A stretch of DNA of 63,998 nt, the filler included, from Choristocarpus tenellus KU-1152 (taxonomy: Eukaryota; Protista; Phaeophyceae), in the NCBI GenBank assembly GCA_964200185.2. It is 13 parts of 13 records of this genome, joined end to end, with 100 filler letters (N's around TTAATTAATTAA, not from the genome) between each part and the next. Parts side by side here need not be neighbours in the genome. Positions count along the whole stretch, not along the records: positions 50,597 to 53,164 come from CAXNAD020026700.1; positions 53,265 to 57,182 come from CAXNAD020017150.1; positions 57,283 to 61,385 come from CAXNAD020016194.1; positions 61,486 to 63,998 come from CAXNAD020027180.1; 9 more parts are not named here. One strand, given 5' to 3'. Every line of letters starts with the position of its first letter. The first letter of the stretch is position 1. Shown here one piece after another: positions 51,370-63,979 of this stretch. The position numbers and the translations under genes are program-made. Under the pieces are notes generated by a model, which saw only the letters and a program-made list of their open reading frames with translations, was not told the origin of the DNA and did not search any database.

Positions 51370-52306
51370 GTGTGTACGAACACGATCCATGTGGATGAAA
51401 CCTGGTTTTACGTGATGGCTGGTGGGAACTGGTTAGGGTGTTTCCGCAAGAGGATGATAGCGACCTTCCAGGGTCCTCTACTGTCCAGCACAAGAGTCAC
51501 GTCCCCAAAACCATGATCATTGCAGCCAACGCCTGCCCAGATTCGTCTCACAGCTTTGATGGAAAGCTCGGTCTTTGGCGTGTGTGTGTGCCAAAAACGG
51601 TACACAGGACAAGCAAGAACCATAAAAAGGGGGATGTGTATGAGCTGGACTGTACTTTAGACCATTTGTGGTATAGTAGGTGGTACACGGAGGAGTTACT
51701 GCCTGCAATCAAGACCAAGATGCCTTGGTTGCAGGGGAAGCAGGTTGTTGTTCAGCAAGACGGTACCACCCACCTCACGAGCAAGGGCAACTCAGAAATC
51801 TTGTCAGGGGCAGGGAAGACTGAGGGGTGGTCGATTAGGCTTGTGATGCAGCCATCTAAATCTCAATATCATGGGCCTGTAATTCTTCAGCTCTTTGAAA
51901 TGCCCGGTGATGGGGGAGTGGTTTTGGTTCCGACGAGGAGATGGCGACGGTCATTAAGAAACAGTATGAGGAGTATGATGAAACCACACTTGAGAGGGTT
52001 TGACAGCTCCTTTTTGTGGTGTACAATCAAGTACTTAGATACAAAGGGGGGAATGACTTCAGTGTGGAGCACGCAGGGGTAAGGAAAAGGCAGTTATCTG
52101 GGGAGCTTGAAAACACGCTGAAGGTAGACATGGAGGCTTTTTCTGTGACTGATAAAATTATGATGGATAGGGAGTAATAATAATAAAAAGAGCTGACGCT
52201 AACCAGAAATTGGTCCAGGATTCCAAATCTTTTCTTCAGAAACGAATTTCATCAACATCTTAAAACGTTATGGACAATGCGGCACAGACTTATGGCATGG
52301 AGGTAG
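51370..52306 (+). pseudogene. Mariner-like (plant-type DD39D) transposase pseudogene with right TIR
   Basis: IHVDETWFY (D1), KSHVPKTMIIAA..FDGKLGLW, VVVQQDG (D2), frameshifted QP..LNIMGL*FFSSLK (third-D region). Right TIR gacttatggcatggaggtag|ta at ~52287-52308. Confidence 0.88.
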
Positions 52307-52902
52307 TAGTAATGTATGCAGAACTGTTCAGACGATTTCTAATGGTACAAAAAGGGAAAGTTTCGTTCTCTGTGAAGGTGCTACTAACGCTGCTGTCCAT
52401 CAGCAAAAAAAAAAGTCTATACTATAGAGTTTCACCTATTGTATGTAACATGTGATAGATGTTGGCAACAGGTGTGCTGGGACACACATAAACACCACAG
52501 TGTAGCTAGGGATACTGTTTGGAGTATCTAACCAATAGTATGACCACAACCCGCCAAAGGTTAGTGAATGATAGATAGCGAATCATAGGGAGCATTATGC
52601 CTATAAATGAACTAAGGTAGTAATTGAGAGGTAGGCACGGTTGCATTTTAAGAGTCTAGAGAATAGGAAAAATACGTCATTTTGCGCAATTCCAGATTTT
52701 TTTTTCTCTGAATCGTGGGCTCACTTTGTGTCTGGAAAGGGGGGATATTGATTTAGCATACACCTTTGTGCATATAGAACAATGAATCAGGATGTATTGC
52801 AAAGGGTAAGATGACTTAGAATGCAAAAGTGTCCAAACCTGCCTACCTCTCAATCAATTTGGCTCAAATATATACTCTAGAAGCAACAAGAAGATTGGTA
52901 TG

Positions 52903-53081
52903 GACCCAAAAGTATCTGGGGGGGGGGAGGGTCTACACCAGGGTGTCCGTCTGACCCCAAAGCAGGAAAAGTGGACTTACATTATCCATCCGACACATGC
53001 AACCAAATCACCCAAAAATCGCGACATAAATAATTGTCCCCAACTGGACAGTCACTACCCTCCCACCAGATACTTTGACTC
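52903..53081 (-). mobile_element. MITE family A, full-length copy
   Basis: gacccaaaagtatct-polyG ... ccagatactttgactc. Confidence 0.9.
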
Positions 53082-53113
53082 ATGAAACCATCCTTTGTAC
53101 TTCCAAAGGAAAG

Positions 53114-53164
53114 GACTCAAAGTATCTTGGGGGGGGGGGGGGGGGGTGCCCCAGGGGTGTCCTT
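53114..53164 (-). mobile_element. MITE family A terminus at contig end
   Basis: gactcaaagtatctt-polyG. Confidence 0.75.
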
Positions 53165-53264
53165 NNNNNNNNNNNNNNNNNNNNNNNNNNNNNNNNNNNN
53201 NNNNNNNNTTAATTAATTAANNNNNNNNNNNNNNNNNNNNNNNNNNNNNNNNNNNNNNNNNNNN

Positions 53265-53321
53265 CATGAAAAAATTGACCCCAAATGGACAGCCGCCACC
53301 CCCTCCCAGATACTTTGAGCC
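53265..53321 (-). mobile_element. MITE family A terminus at contig start
   Basis: catgaaaaaattgaccccaaatggacagccgccaccccctcccagatactttgagcc. Confidence 0.88.
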
Positions 53322-53519
53322 AAGTTTTACATTTACTCCAAGCGACAACCCAACACATCAGCACAAGCTACTATATGTCACCCCTCTATTACAATACTTC
53401 TACCAGTTAGTCTCAGCATCGGAGATTCTCCGACCCTTCTGAAGAAACATGTTACCTTTACCTGATTCGGATGACACCTTTTACTTGCATTTGTCTCGAC
53501 TATAATTTCGTTTTTTCAG

Positions 53520-56500
53520 TGACTCTGGAAAATACTATGCCCCTGTGGAAGGGAAACTAGAGGATTTGAAGGAATACACTAGGAACCTTCCTGTGGAAGA
53601 CAGCCCAGACACATTTGGGCTGCACCCAAATGCTGACATCACCTTTCAGCAGGTGACAGAGGAGGGCGAGCCTAGTCCAAGCCTCTAGAGCAAGTTGTGA
53701 TGCGTTTACCCTAGCTTTGCACAGTGTTGCCTGGTGTATTGCCTTGAGGTTGCAGGTCATGGGAACTTGGTTTCCATTTGAATTCCTCTTGGAGAAAACA
53801 CCTATCCACCAAAAAGTTATGTTTCCCTCTACTCTCAACCATCCGTGCCCATATGTATGGAACAAGATTTATTTCTTGATATAGCATACTCAATTGATTC
53901 AAGTGTTACTACCCGGAGTACTAGAGGATTTGTCCAAGATGTATGTTGTATGTTGAGTGAGCAAAAGAATGTGATGCAGCTCAAGCATCAGAAAATTGAT
54001 TACATTGCAGCAGATTGAACTAGTGTCATACCATGCACATCTCAGGAGCAGAATATCATTTTTCCAAGAACATACTCTTCTTATATGTAAGAGGGGTTGT
54101 TATTGCAATTTGAACTCAAAGCAAGTTGGCACAATTCTGTAACCCATACCGAAGGCCATACACTACTGCTACAGAACTTGAAAGGAGTACAGGGTCCCCT
54201 CAATGATGTATTGTTGGATACATAAATTCTATTAAACATTATACCTGAGCAGAAGAAGAAACAATTCAGCTCCATGTACTATCGCACCACTGTATTGGCT
54301 TCTCAGCTGTAATTACCCAATGTATTAACTCTGTGAATTCTATACCATCTGGCAAGATTTAATCTCTGAAAGGGATATACCACTCTGCTGGGGTACTAAA
54401 GTGTTTAGGATTCCTCCCAAGAACCTCTCTATTACTTTTTTTCAAAATTAAAGACCGTTAGAATAGTCTATTCAGGGAGTGGTACTTCAGCTTCACAGAT
54501 GTCCTTCAGGGGCATATTTGAGTGAAAGTATCTTAGAGGGTACGATTTTTGCCCTGTTTGTCCATTTGGACCTTGGCTTCCCATGGGTTTTTTAATGACA
54601 TTTTCCTACTCCAAAATGTTTCGGAGTGTGTAAAATGTGTATGTTATTAGAAGGTGTGTCCAGAACATCGACATTGGCACTTCCTAACACACACAATAGC
54701 CAAAATTGGACTTTGGCCCCCAAATGGACGCGGCTGTACCCTCTAAGATACTTTGGCTCATTTCTGACAATGCCAGGTCAACTATTTTGTCTGTGCTGTG
54801 AACCAAGATTCATGAGGTTTGGTAAGAACATTTCTTAGATGTCTCATCCTGAGACACTCCCGTACTTCATGCATGATTGGTGCATGGAGCCAAACAGTAA
54901 GCACATGATTCCATCTCTTTCTTGCAATGTCTGGCCCCTGAGTGGATGACAAAATTCATTTGAGTAGGTGGATGCATGACAGAGGTAGGGTACGAGAGGA
55001 GTGAGTTGGCGCTAAGCAAGAAGGCTAAGTGTTTTTATCGAGCTTTGAAAGTGAAGGCCCCAACCCAAAGTTAATGCAGTCAACTCTTAAGGTGCCACCC
55101 TAAGTTGGGTATCATCTCCTAGCTGACCCTGTGCCCTGATCCAACTGACACAGAATTTCACAAATAATACACTGAGAACCGTAATTGCGCTGTCTGGTGG
55201 TGGTGGCAGTGGAGGAGGAGGGGACTCAGTAGACACTGACGCTCAGGTGAGTGGAATATGAACACAAGACAATAAAACTACCTACTTTGATGAGCAATTG
55301 ATCTGAATAGGAGGAAGGGGTAGCATCAGTGGGTCAAGTCCACCTTTGTGCCACCCTCAATATTGAGTGCAATAAACACTATAAGCAGAGAAACTCTGTG
55401 CGGGTATATTCTTACCTATCCAATTTTCAACCATTGAGATCCCTGGAGTGAATGTTTGCTTTTGTGTAGTTTTTCACAGAACCCTTTCGGAGATATTCTT
55501 GCTTCCTGACTGGTGATCTCAAACCCCATAGTTTTCCCTACTGTAATTGTTTAATCACAAGACCTCAACCCTGTGTTCTTCATATACCATATTAATAGAC
55601 ATTACCTGCATTTAATTGAACAGCTGGTAACATTACAGGGTGTGTGAATTTAGATAAACTCAATCTGAAATGACTACCTCTACACATATGTTTCACCTTC
55701 AAGCAATCTATGGCCATTGTGACCCTTGATAAACTGCATGGCAATCAGGTTGCAGAAGCTGCAAAGGGAATAGCAGCTCGAATACCTGAGTGTTTCGATA
55801 TTCGAAAGGGGCATAAAGAGACTTTTAAAATGGTGAGGAAGAAGGGTCAAGTAACAATTTATCTCAAGTGTGGATGAGGTTTCGAATGCTAATCTAACCA
55901 ATAAATCAATACAGAAAAAATATTTGTTGCTGGATGTCAACAGGCTACTGGCAATAGCAAACATCACATGCCCTGTTGAAATCCTTCATACACACCAAGT
56001 ACCTCACTAGCCAAGTACTCATATCAGTTATGGAATGGAGGTCAGATCAATTCTCAAATACTGACCTGGCCTTCCGCTGGAAATGTGAAGGTTGATGGTG
56101 CAATGAATTCCTTGGGAGTGTTCTTAGGCCAAGAGCTGACTCGCTTTAATGGTCTCATGGCAGTAATGCAATCTACCTTGATGGAGTTGCAAAAAGCGAT
56201 CAGGTGAGCACTGGATGGACGATTGTTGTCTTGTTGACATCTAGGTACGAAAGTGGCAGTTCACATACTTACAAATCAAGGTTGTTTTGGGTTGGGATTT
56301 GTAGCATGTATTGACAGAGTATTGATACCTCTGGGCTTCATCAGAAGTACGATTAAAGGTAGAATAGTGAAGTATTCTCATCCCCATCTAGGTGCAGATA
56401 TATGTGAATGGTTGGGGGGGAAATATTCAATGGCTATATTCTGTACAAGAATGGAAGGGATTGGGTGATCTACTATATTGAACAGATGCAAGGCACCCAT

Positions 56501-56849
56501 ACCTGTCTATCAATCCAATAATCGTCAGCACATGCTCCCCTCAAGTCCACCAATTGATGTTTTTCTGGTCAGATTAAAAAGTCAGCTTACTCATGCCCCA
56601 TCCCTTGCCCTCCTACGACTACCCACCTCGAAGAGGGGTGGTGGTAATGTCTGGTCCGCTGGAAGAGATGTACAACTGCTTTCTTTTCCAAAGAGTGCCA
56701 CCAGCTTGGGAGGCAGCAGGCTACCCATGCCTCAAGCCCCTTGGTGCATGGACAGAAGATTTTTTTGCTCGGCTTGATTTCATGGAGCAGTGGTTGCTGT
56801 ATGGACCCCGACCAAGCTACTGGCTATCAGGATTCTTCTTCCCCCAGGG
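53520..56849 (+). CDS. Dynein heavy chain (axonemal-type), C-terminal region, partial. Exons 53520-53652, 55154-55246, 55749-55832, 56091-56203, 56634-56849
   Basis: Spliced translation SDSGKYYAP..NLPVEDSPDTFGLHPNADITFQQ/NFTNNTLRTVIAL../VAEAAKGIAARIPECFD../..SLGVFLGQELTRFNGL..LQKAIR/GVVVMSGPLEEMYN..VPPAW..YPCLKPLGAW..RLDF..WLSGFFFPQG contains conserved dynein HC motifs. All junctions are GT-AG and in phase. The exact paralogue cannot be assigned. Confidence 0.95.
54520..54759 (+). mobile_element. MITE family B, full copy in a dynein intron, TSD ATTT
   Basis: attt|GAGTGAAAGTATCTTAGAGGGTAC ... GTACCCTCTAAGATACTTTGGCTC|attt, i.e. 24-bp TIRs. Confidence 0.92.
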
Positions 56850-57161
56850 GTGAGAAGCCTTTGGTGCTGTTATGGAATGAGGGTAGGCGGAAGGAATGCA
56901 ATTTGAGACCTCTTTGGAACGAAGAAGGGTTGACCAAGATATTTTGAGGTATCATTGGATGGTGGGTCTTGAGAATTACTCAATACAGGCGAACTAGTCT
57001 AGTGTGGTAATGACGAGTCTCAGCCCCTGGTGGGGAAAATTTCAGACCCTGCTTTGACCCCTGAGAAACTTTCTACAATGCTGAGTGAAGTAACCAAGAT
57101 GCAAGTTAGGAGTCATTTAAGACAGGTGTGGAAATAGACCTCACATAGTGCCCACATTTGT

Positions 57162-57182
57162 GGGTCAAAGTATCTGGGGGGG
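57162..57182 (+). mobile_element. MITE family A terminus at contig end
   Basis: gggtcaaagtatctggggggg. Confidence 0.75.
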
Positions 57183-57905
57183 NNNNNNNNNNNNNNNNNN
57201 NNNNNNNNNNNNNNNNNNNNNNNNNNTTAATTAATTAANNNNNNNNNNNNNNNNNNNNNNNNNNNNNNNNNNNNNNNNNNNNATCTACCTACTCCTGTGC
57301 CCCGGGGGGGGAGCTAAGGAAGCATCCCAAGAATCCAACAGACCCCTCCGTGCCCATAGTAGTGGAGGTATCGTAAAGTCTGAGAATACCGTACACTCGC
57401 TATCACATTCTTCCGTCCCAGCCTAAGCCTCCCGCAAAATTGCATATCAGAGTCCCTGACTACAAACGCACTCAATATATACCCTATTCCTGGCGACTCG
57501 ATCAGAGACCACAGGCATCTACAAGGGTTTGACTTAAAAGCATTTCCTTCATCACCTTAACTGTGCCACTTTCTGCATCAGTGACTCGTTTGCAGCCCAT
57601 ATACTCTACATGAGGTGGAACCGTAGTACAGGACATTTGAAGGGGTGGGTTATTTGGCAAGCACTATCGAAATTCTCGTTTGGCCCTCACTATCATTCTT
57701 GCACATGGTGTCACGAAATTTCACACCCGGAAGGTTCCTGAACACCACCTGCCAGTCCTCACCTTCATCCCGGTACTTCGTGTGCCGTACTGTTGGAAGA
57801 GCCCAATGCCCTAGCGTGTAGTATGCCTTTCACTACCTTCTACTCTTGCACCCCTTCCTAAACTCGCACTGCTGTGATTTCCGTACCCCAACCTACCCTC
57901 GCCCT

Positions 57906-59562
57906 TGTGGACGTTGCAAACCCCTTATGGTAGTCTGCACCTGTCTCACCCCACAAGTCAGTCAGCGGAATCGAGACCACAAGCCCATCTTCTAGCACTA
58001 ATATTGCATATCTACATTAAGGTATTCATTGCCTTTCATCAAAGCACGAAGCCGCGGGTCCAGTGTGGAATATTTCAAAATGCTACGTAGCGGACCGATT
58101 GTTCCTAGGACGTTGTGCTGATTGACGAGGCTAGTAGTGAGCAATTATTGTGTACAAGATATCTGCCAGCAACCCCACCAAGGTCGCCAACCTCCCCATA
58201 TTCGCTGGGAAGTAGGGAGAGGATTCCCTATCTTTTGCAGTGAGAGCTCAATCTACCCTTAGAGTCTATGACTGTGAACTCGGTCTTCATGGCGCCGACA
58301 TCATCTGTGGGGGATCAATCTGACCAGTGGACGTGGAGTCGAGGCAGAGGTCTTCATGAAGTGGCGAAGGGAACTGCCGTGCTCTGGTTGTGAATGCAGG
58401 AAGGGGGGCTGCTGGTAGAAAGGGTAGAGGAAAGGGCTGTGTAGTCTGTTTTATGTGTGGCAAAGATGGCCACAACAAGTACGACTGCCTCAACCTCGAT
58501 TGGGTTACAAGACTGGGGGGAGATGACGGCCAAGGAGATGCAACATGGGATTGCTAAGGACCTGCAGGAGAAGTATCCAATAAAGTTTCCAAGTTTCCAC
58601 TGGAGACTACAATAGGAAGGTAGATATGAGGTTGCATCTGTGTTCCAGTGGCCTGCAGTTGTGATGTGTACTAGGTGGGAGGTTTGTTGATTGTGGGTGA
58701 CGCTATATGTATCGCTAAGGACCCTGCCATTTCATGGATTGTGGGAGACGCAACACGGTATTGCTAAAGACCTGCAGGAGAAAGTACCCGAGAATGTTTC
58801 CACATGAGACTGCAATAGGACAGATGGGTGGCTGATTTTTAACGAACCCAGACCGATATTGATGGAAACTACTGTTTTTCTATTTATTGCATGTAATGAT
58901 GTGCTAGGGAGGATTTTGTTGATTGTAGGAGATACAGCATGGTATTGTCAAGGACCTACAGGTGAATAGACCCGAGAATGTTTACACAGAGACTGCAATA
59001 GAACGGTAGTAGATTGATGACTGATTTATAGTACCTACACAGGCCCAACGTCAAAATTGGTGTCAGGGTGTACTTGTGGCACTGTTTTTGAGAGAGTTAG
59101 CACAAATTTGTTTCTTTGAGTTTTCAGAGAAGTAGATTATAAGGATGTATAGTGTCTGTGCAGCAAGGTAGAGTGTTCGTAGATAGTGCTGCTGATACAC
59201 TGTATACACCATTGGTAGAGAATATTAGGAAAGATAAGCACCACCAGTGGAGTAATGGAGTAATGGAGGGAAAGTAGAAGCAGATCTATGTTTCGGTATA
59301 TCTTAGTTTAGGTCTGCACAACGTATATATGATACAGTGATAGTATTATTTTTCTGATTGGAGTATTATTTTCTGATTGTCCATGTGGACGTTGGAAACC
59401 CCTCATGGTAGTCTCCCTGCACCTCTCTCACCGCACAAGTCCGTCAGCGGAATCAAGACCACAGGCCCCTCTTGTAACACTAATATTGCATATCTACATT
59501 AAGCTATTCATTGTCTTTCATCAAAGTACAAAGCCGCGGGTCCAGTGTGGAATATTTCAACA
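57906..59562 (+). mobile_element. Internally deleted LTR-retroelement-like structure: ~175-bp direct repeats (57906-58080, 59384-59562), a gag zinc knuckle and internal tandem repeats
   Basis: The direct repeats begin TGTGGACG and the second ends TTCAACA. The interior encodes GR-rich + CFMCGKDGHNKYDC (CX2CX4HX4C) at 58447-58488. No TSD or PPT found. Confidence 0.65.
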
Positions 59563-59611
59563 TATACTTTTATATATTTTGAACTTGTACTCTCTATCGG
59601 ATCCCAAATAT

Positions 59612-59772
59612 GAGTCAAATTATCCTACAGGGTAGAGCTGCGTCCGTTTGTGGGCGAAAATCCAACGTTGCGAATTTGATCTAATTTTGGCTAACGTATT
59701 TGTTAAGAAGTGTCAATGTCCTTGTTCCAGATACACGTTTCCACAACGTATATATTTTACCTGCTCCGAAAC
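59612..59772 (-). mobile_element. MITE family B, partial copy
   Basis: gagtcaaattatcctacagggtagagctgcgtccgtttg...gtcaatgtccttgttccagatacacg aligns with 12914-13110. Confidence 0.75.
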
Positions 59773-59829
59773 GAAAAGAAGTTTTAAATCTTCAAAGATT
59801 GGCAAGGCGTGTACCTGCACCCACTAAGG

Positions 59830-60870
59830 ACCCCCCTCAAACCCCAACAGGCACAGAATAAGCGTTACGTTACAAAGGTGATATTTCTTGCAGCTGTGGC
59901 CCACCCTAGGCAGGTCTCCAACGAATTTGTGGTTTGATGGGAAAATGGGGATCTGGCTAATCATGGACACTAAGGTTGCTCGGTGCTCCAGTAAATACTG
60001 CCCCAAGGGCACCAAGTTGCTTATGCCAGCCATGCTGGACGGGGAGAGGTACAAGAAGCCCATGATAGAGGATGTCATCCTGGCAATCAAGGCTCACATG
60101 CCTAGACCGGAAGGATGCACCATCTGTTACAGGTAAATAGTGCGAGTATTTCTTCCCACGTTCTAACAAGCGCGAACAGTATACACAGATGGGGAACCTT
60201 ATTAAGAGGAACTCCGATTTGCTAAAATTCGCAAAGTAAGGTCTGTAATTCGGGGATGTATGCAACGACTTTCAGATGTATTCTAACGTCTGTAAACCAA
60301 AACAAATAAATGGTAGAAGATAAAAGAAACAAAAGAGTGTCGCATAATCAATGCCACCTCTTCACTTTCTATTTCGATACCATATCCTAATATGATGAGA
60401 TTGATTGAGAAAAGTACCTTGTTCTGCTGACCTGACATTCGTTAAGCTCGTTGTACCTGTTGATTGTCGGAGTATCCTGGGAGGCTTGTATGAGTATCAG
60501 TGTCATCTATGGGCCTGTGGATTGGAGCTATACATCCCGTGGGGGTAAGCTTTTGGGTGTGTTGTAACACATCTTTATTCAGCAGGAAAGAGCAAAGCCA
60601 TACATTGGGGAAGGGATCATGGAGGAAATCGAGGAGGTGGTGCGAGACGACATTGTGATAGAGATCCAGCAAGCGAACTCACTTGACCTCAACGTCCACA
60701 ACCTGAGATTCTTTCATTCCATCCAACAACTGAAGGAAAACGTGGGGGTGACCAACACAGAGGAACTGGTGTAGGCCAAACTAGAGGCGTTTGATGTGCA
60801 CCTTCGGGAGACACTGTAGCGTGTGGCAGAGTCTCTTTGCAGTCTATGTTGAGGCGCTTGGGTCGAAGGG
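59830..60870 (+). pseudogene. Second DD39D mariner-like transposase pseudogene, split by an insertion
   Basis: NKRYVTKVIFL..WFDGKMGIW..IEDVILAIKAHMP..GCTI|FIQQERAKPY..QQANSLDLNVHNLRFFHSIQQL. Confidence 0.85.
60125..60569. mobile_element. 445-bp insertion with TGTTACA...TGTAACA ends and 4-bp TSD CATC (solo LTR or Ginger-like element)
   Basis: catc|TGTTACA ... TGTAACA|catc. Removal restores the transposase frame. Confidence 0.85.
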
Positions 60871-61346
60871 TGAAAAGTCTTAAAATTTCCCGACTTTAGC
60901 AAGGAAAAGGCTGAGAAGGTGGGCAAGCTCTCCCACAATGACCCAGCGAAATACTGTGCCGGAAAATGTTTTTGGAGGACTTTAGGGGCGGAATCACAGA
61001 TAGGTGTAGGCCTCGCGATTTTGGTTGAGATTTTGGTGGGCAACCTTTTAGTGCCTGCATAGTACACCCATAAAATACTAACATGTGCAAAAAATCTTGC
61101 TTCTTCATTGGGGCTGCAAAAATTATGTTACATTTAATTCCGAACGGAGGAAGTGCGTGATGTTAACGTACAGAACAAGGAGATTATAATGTAAGATCTA
61201 CTGCTAACCTGGTGTACTGGTGTAATAACAATATAATTCTCCCAGTAATTCTTATACAGCGTTCTACGAATGGTATGTATGTTACAAACGCTCTACAGGA
61301 TATCATGATGGGATATGTGTCTCCCATCCACAAGCCTAAAGGATGA

Positions 61347-61385
61347 GACCCAAAGTATCTGGGGGCGGGGGGCGGTCTACACCAG
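61347..61385 (-). mobile_element. MITE family A terminus at contig end
   Basis: gacccaaagtatctgggggcggggggcggtctacaccag. Confidence 0.85.
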
Positions 61386-61570
61386 NNNNNNNNNNNNNNN
61401 NNNNNNNNNNNNNNNNNNNNNNNNNNNNNTTAATTAATTAANNNNNNNNNNNNNNNNNNNNNNNNNNNNNNNNNNNNNNNNNNNNATGTGAAGGAAGGGC
61501 ATGAGTTGGATTGGAGGGTAAAGGGCCTTGGGATGGGATTGAAGATGTACGAGCTGGAAGGTAAGCATAT

Positions 61571-61750
61571 GGCTCAAAGTATCTGGGGGGGGGTGCCGGC
61601 GTCAGTTTTTCACCCTTTTTTCGATTTTCACTTTTTTGGTGTGATTTGGTCGTACGTGTGTCGGATTTGAAATGTCAGCAAAAAAAAGTTGTTTGACCGA
61701 AATGGACTCCCCCTCACAAACCACCGCCCCCCCCCCACATACTTTGACCC
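61571..61750 (+). mobile_element. Divergent family A subfamily copy, abutting a family B end (61751-61824)
   Basis: ggctcaaagtatct-polyG ... polyC-acatactttgaccc with a diverged interior, followed by gaaatggacgcggatctaccctctaagatacttccactc. Confidence 0.8.
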
Positions 61751-63979
61751 ATTACATCGAAATTACAACATTGAATTTTCGCCCCGAAATGGACGCGGAT
61801 CTACCCTCTAAGATACTTCCACTCAGCACTACTACTACTGCGCGAAAACAACTGTATCTATCATGTATACATGGCAGACAACAGCCAGACGTAAGTCATT
61901 TTGGCGTCCCTACACCCACGAGCAAAAAAATTATAGCCGCTCCATTCTTCCCCGGAAAGGTGTTCCACGAGGGATTGAAAAATCTACCCTGTGCTCTGCA
62001 CTAATTGTGAATAGCACTTCTCACCCCTTGTCGCTCAACCTCCACCCTCAACTCTTGTGCTCAAGCCCTGTTGGCATCGCTCGGCCAATGAACCCTTGCC
62101 ACCTCGTTTTGGTTTTCAACTTTTGGGTTTCCCATGTTTTTGTGGCATATTGGCGGGTAGAATAGTACTGAGAGCATCAATCTACACAGTCCTATCTGTA
62201 GGATTCCCTCCTGAAGCCCTTCGAACAATCAACCTACAAAGGTGACCTATGGAGTTGAGTGTGTGGTTCAGTGATCAAGCTGGTTGTTCCTTGCATAAAT
62301 ATATCGGGTTAAAGTCCCTTCGATATCAGACTTATTTTCATGGAAGTCTGCTCTAGATCATCCGTTTCCATCTGGCAAACACAATGGATTGTACATGTAC
62401 GACGACGGTACTATCCTATCTATGGCTATAGCACAAGGATACCGGACCAACAACAAGGAGGAACTTCGAGGCGGGTTCCAGGACAATATTCAAGGGAAGA
62501 GATGGTGCGATGAGCAGTTGTAGTACTGAACCCAATGTACGACAAGGAGGTTGTAACAGAGGCAATACAATTTGTCGTAGTGATACAGTTAGCCAGTAGG
62601 TGATATGAGAGGTAGTGCAGTGTGAAATGACTTTGACCATGGGCTGAGTGAATCACTAGAGTAATGTGAACAAAACGATAATAGCAATGATGACGGGCCC
62701 TCCAGCACAAAGCCCAGGAGTCCACACTCTGGCAGCATATGATGCAGGAGAGAGAAAAAGACGATATATCCCAGCATCAGATCACTTGTATGAGATCACT
62801 TTGTCTCCTCGACTAGGTCTGCTTTGATGTCTTCTGCAACTAGGTGATAAACCTCCTTTGTGGACCGGAGACTTGGAAGGGAATGTTCTGATGTGATATC
62901 TTCAGCAGTATGAAAGGAGGGGTAAATGAGCAGGCAAATACTCTATCCCTAAAAGCAGCATCATCCGCAGAATACTGCATCACTGTTGAACCGTTCTATG
63001 GGGGTAGAGGAGGCACTGTCCAACCACCGCCTGTCGACTGGACGCAGAAGACAAGGCGTGGATACTAGGCAAACACATACATTCCCTAGAGTCGAAAACA
63101 CAGGGTCGGTAGGCAAGGTGGGACTTGACGGACTCCTGACAACTCTTCAGTTTTCTTCTGGAAAACATGGATGCAAAAGTCTCTCACACATCACATCAAA
63201 GCGTAAAAAGAGCATGGAAATGAAGAGTGCCTAAAAAAATGCACTTGATGGCCTCGCCCCTGAGAAACGCGAACTGTTCGACCATAATTGAGTATCGCAT
63301 TTTTTTGAGCCAATGGATTCTTTCGATTCAAAACACCAAAATTTTGGTGTTCTGATGAAGCATAACGATTGAATTGGTCCGAATCGAATAAATCGCAGTC
63401 ATCTTGGGAAGAATTATTCGGATCGATATTTTTTGTAAGAGAAGACAACTATATGGACACAAACCCAATAAACATCGCCAGGGCTGCATACTAAGCCCAT
63501 TAATGTGCCCACATACCAACTATGAATTCGGTGAGGATGGGTTCCCACACGAGTATGATGTTGACCCATATTTTCCAGATGTCTTTCTATCTGTGTGTGG
63601 AGAATGATGGCAAGGAAGGTGAAGGTTCATATGCAAGTACAAACCCTGTAGGCAGAAAGTGAGGCATCAATGGTTAACATGAGTCGTTAGCTGAAATAAG
63701 CCCACCACTTCACGACCCACCACTGCATAGATCACAACTTAAGAGTATGTGACTGGTACATCATTCGACAAGGAGGGCCTTCAATTTCCATGAGAAACAA
63801 TGATAGTCACCCACAATGTATTTTAATATCTAGGTGGGATGTAACCTGCTGATACCAGAAGAATGCGAAACAGAGATTGGAAACACGTTTCAGAGGAATG
63901 GAGTGTGTAGAAGTCGCCTATCACCTGTCACCTGCTATAACTTCCACGAATATGCAACTAATTATGTATTTCTATTTTT

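Noticed and set aside
359-63607. The many 60-150-aa ORFs in the supplied track
   Set aside because: Most overlap repeats, microsatellites or introns, or are antisense to real exons, and they lack recognisable domains.
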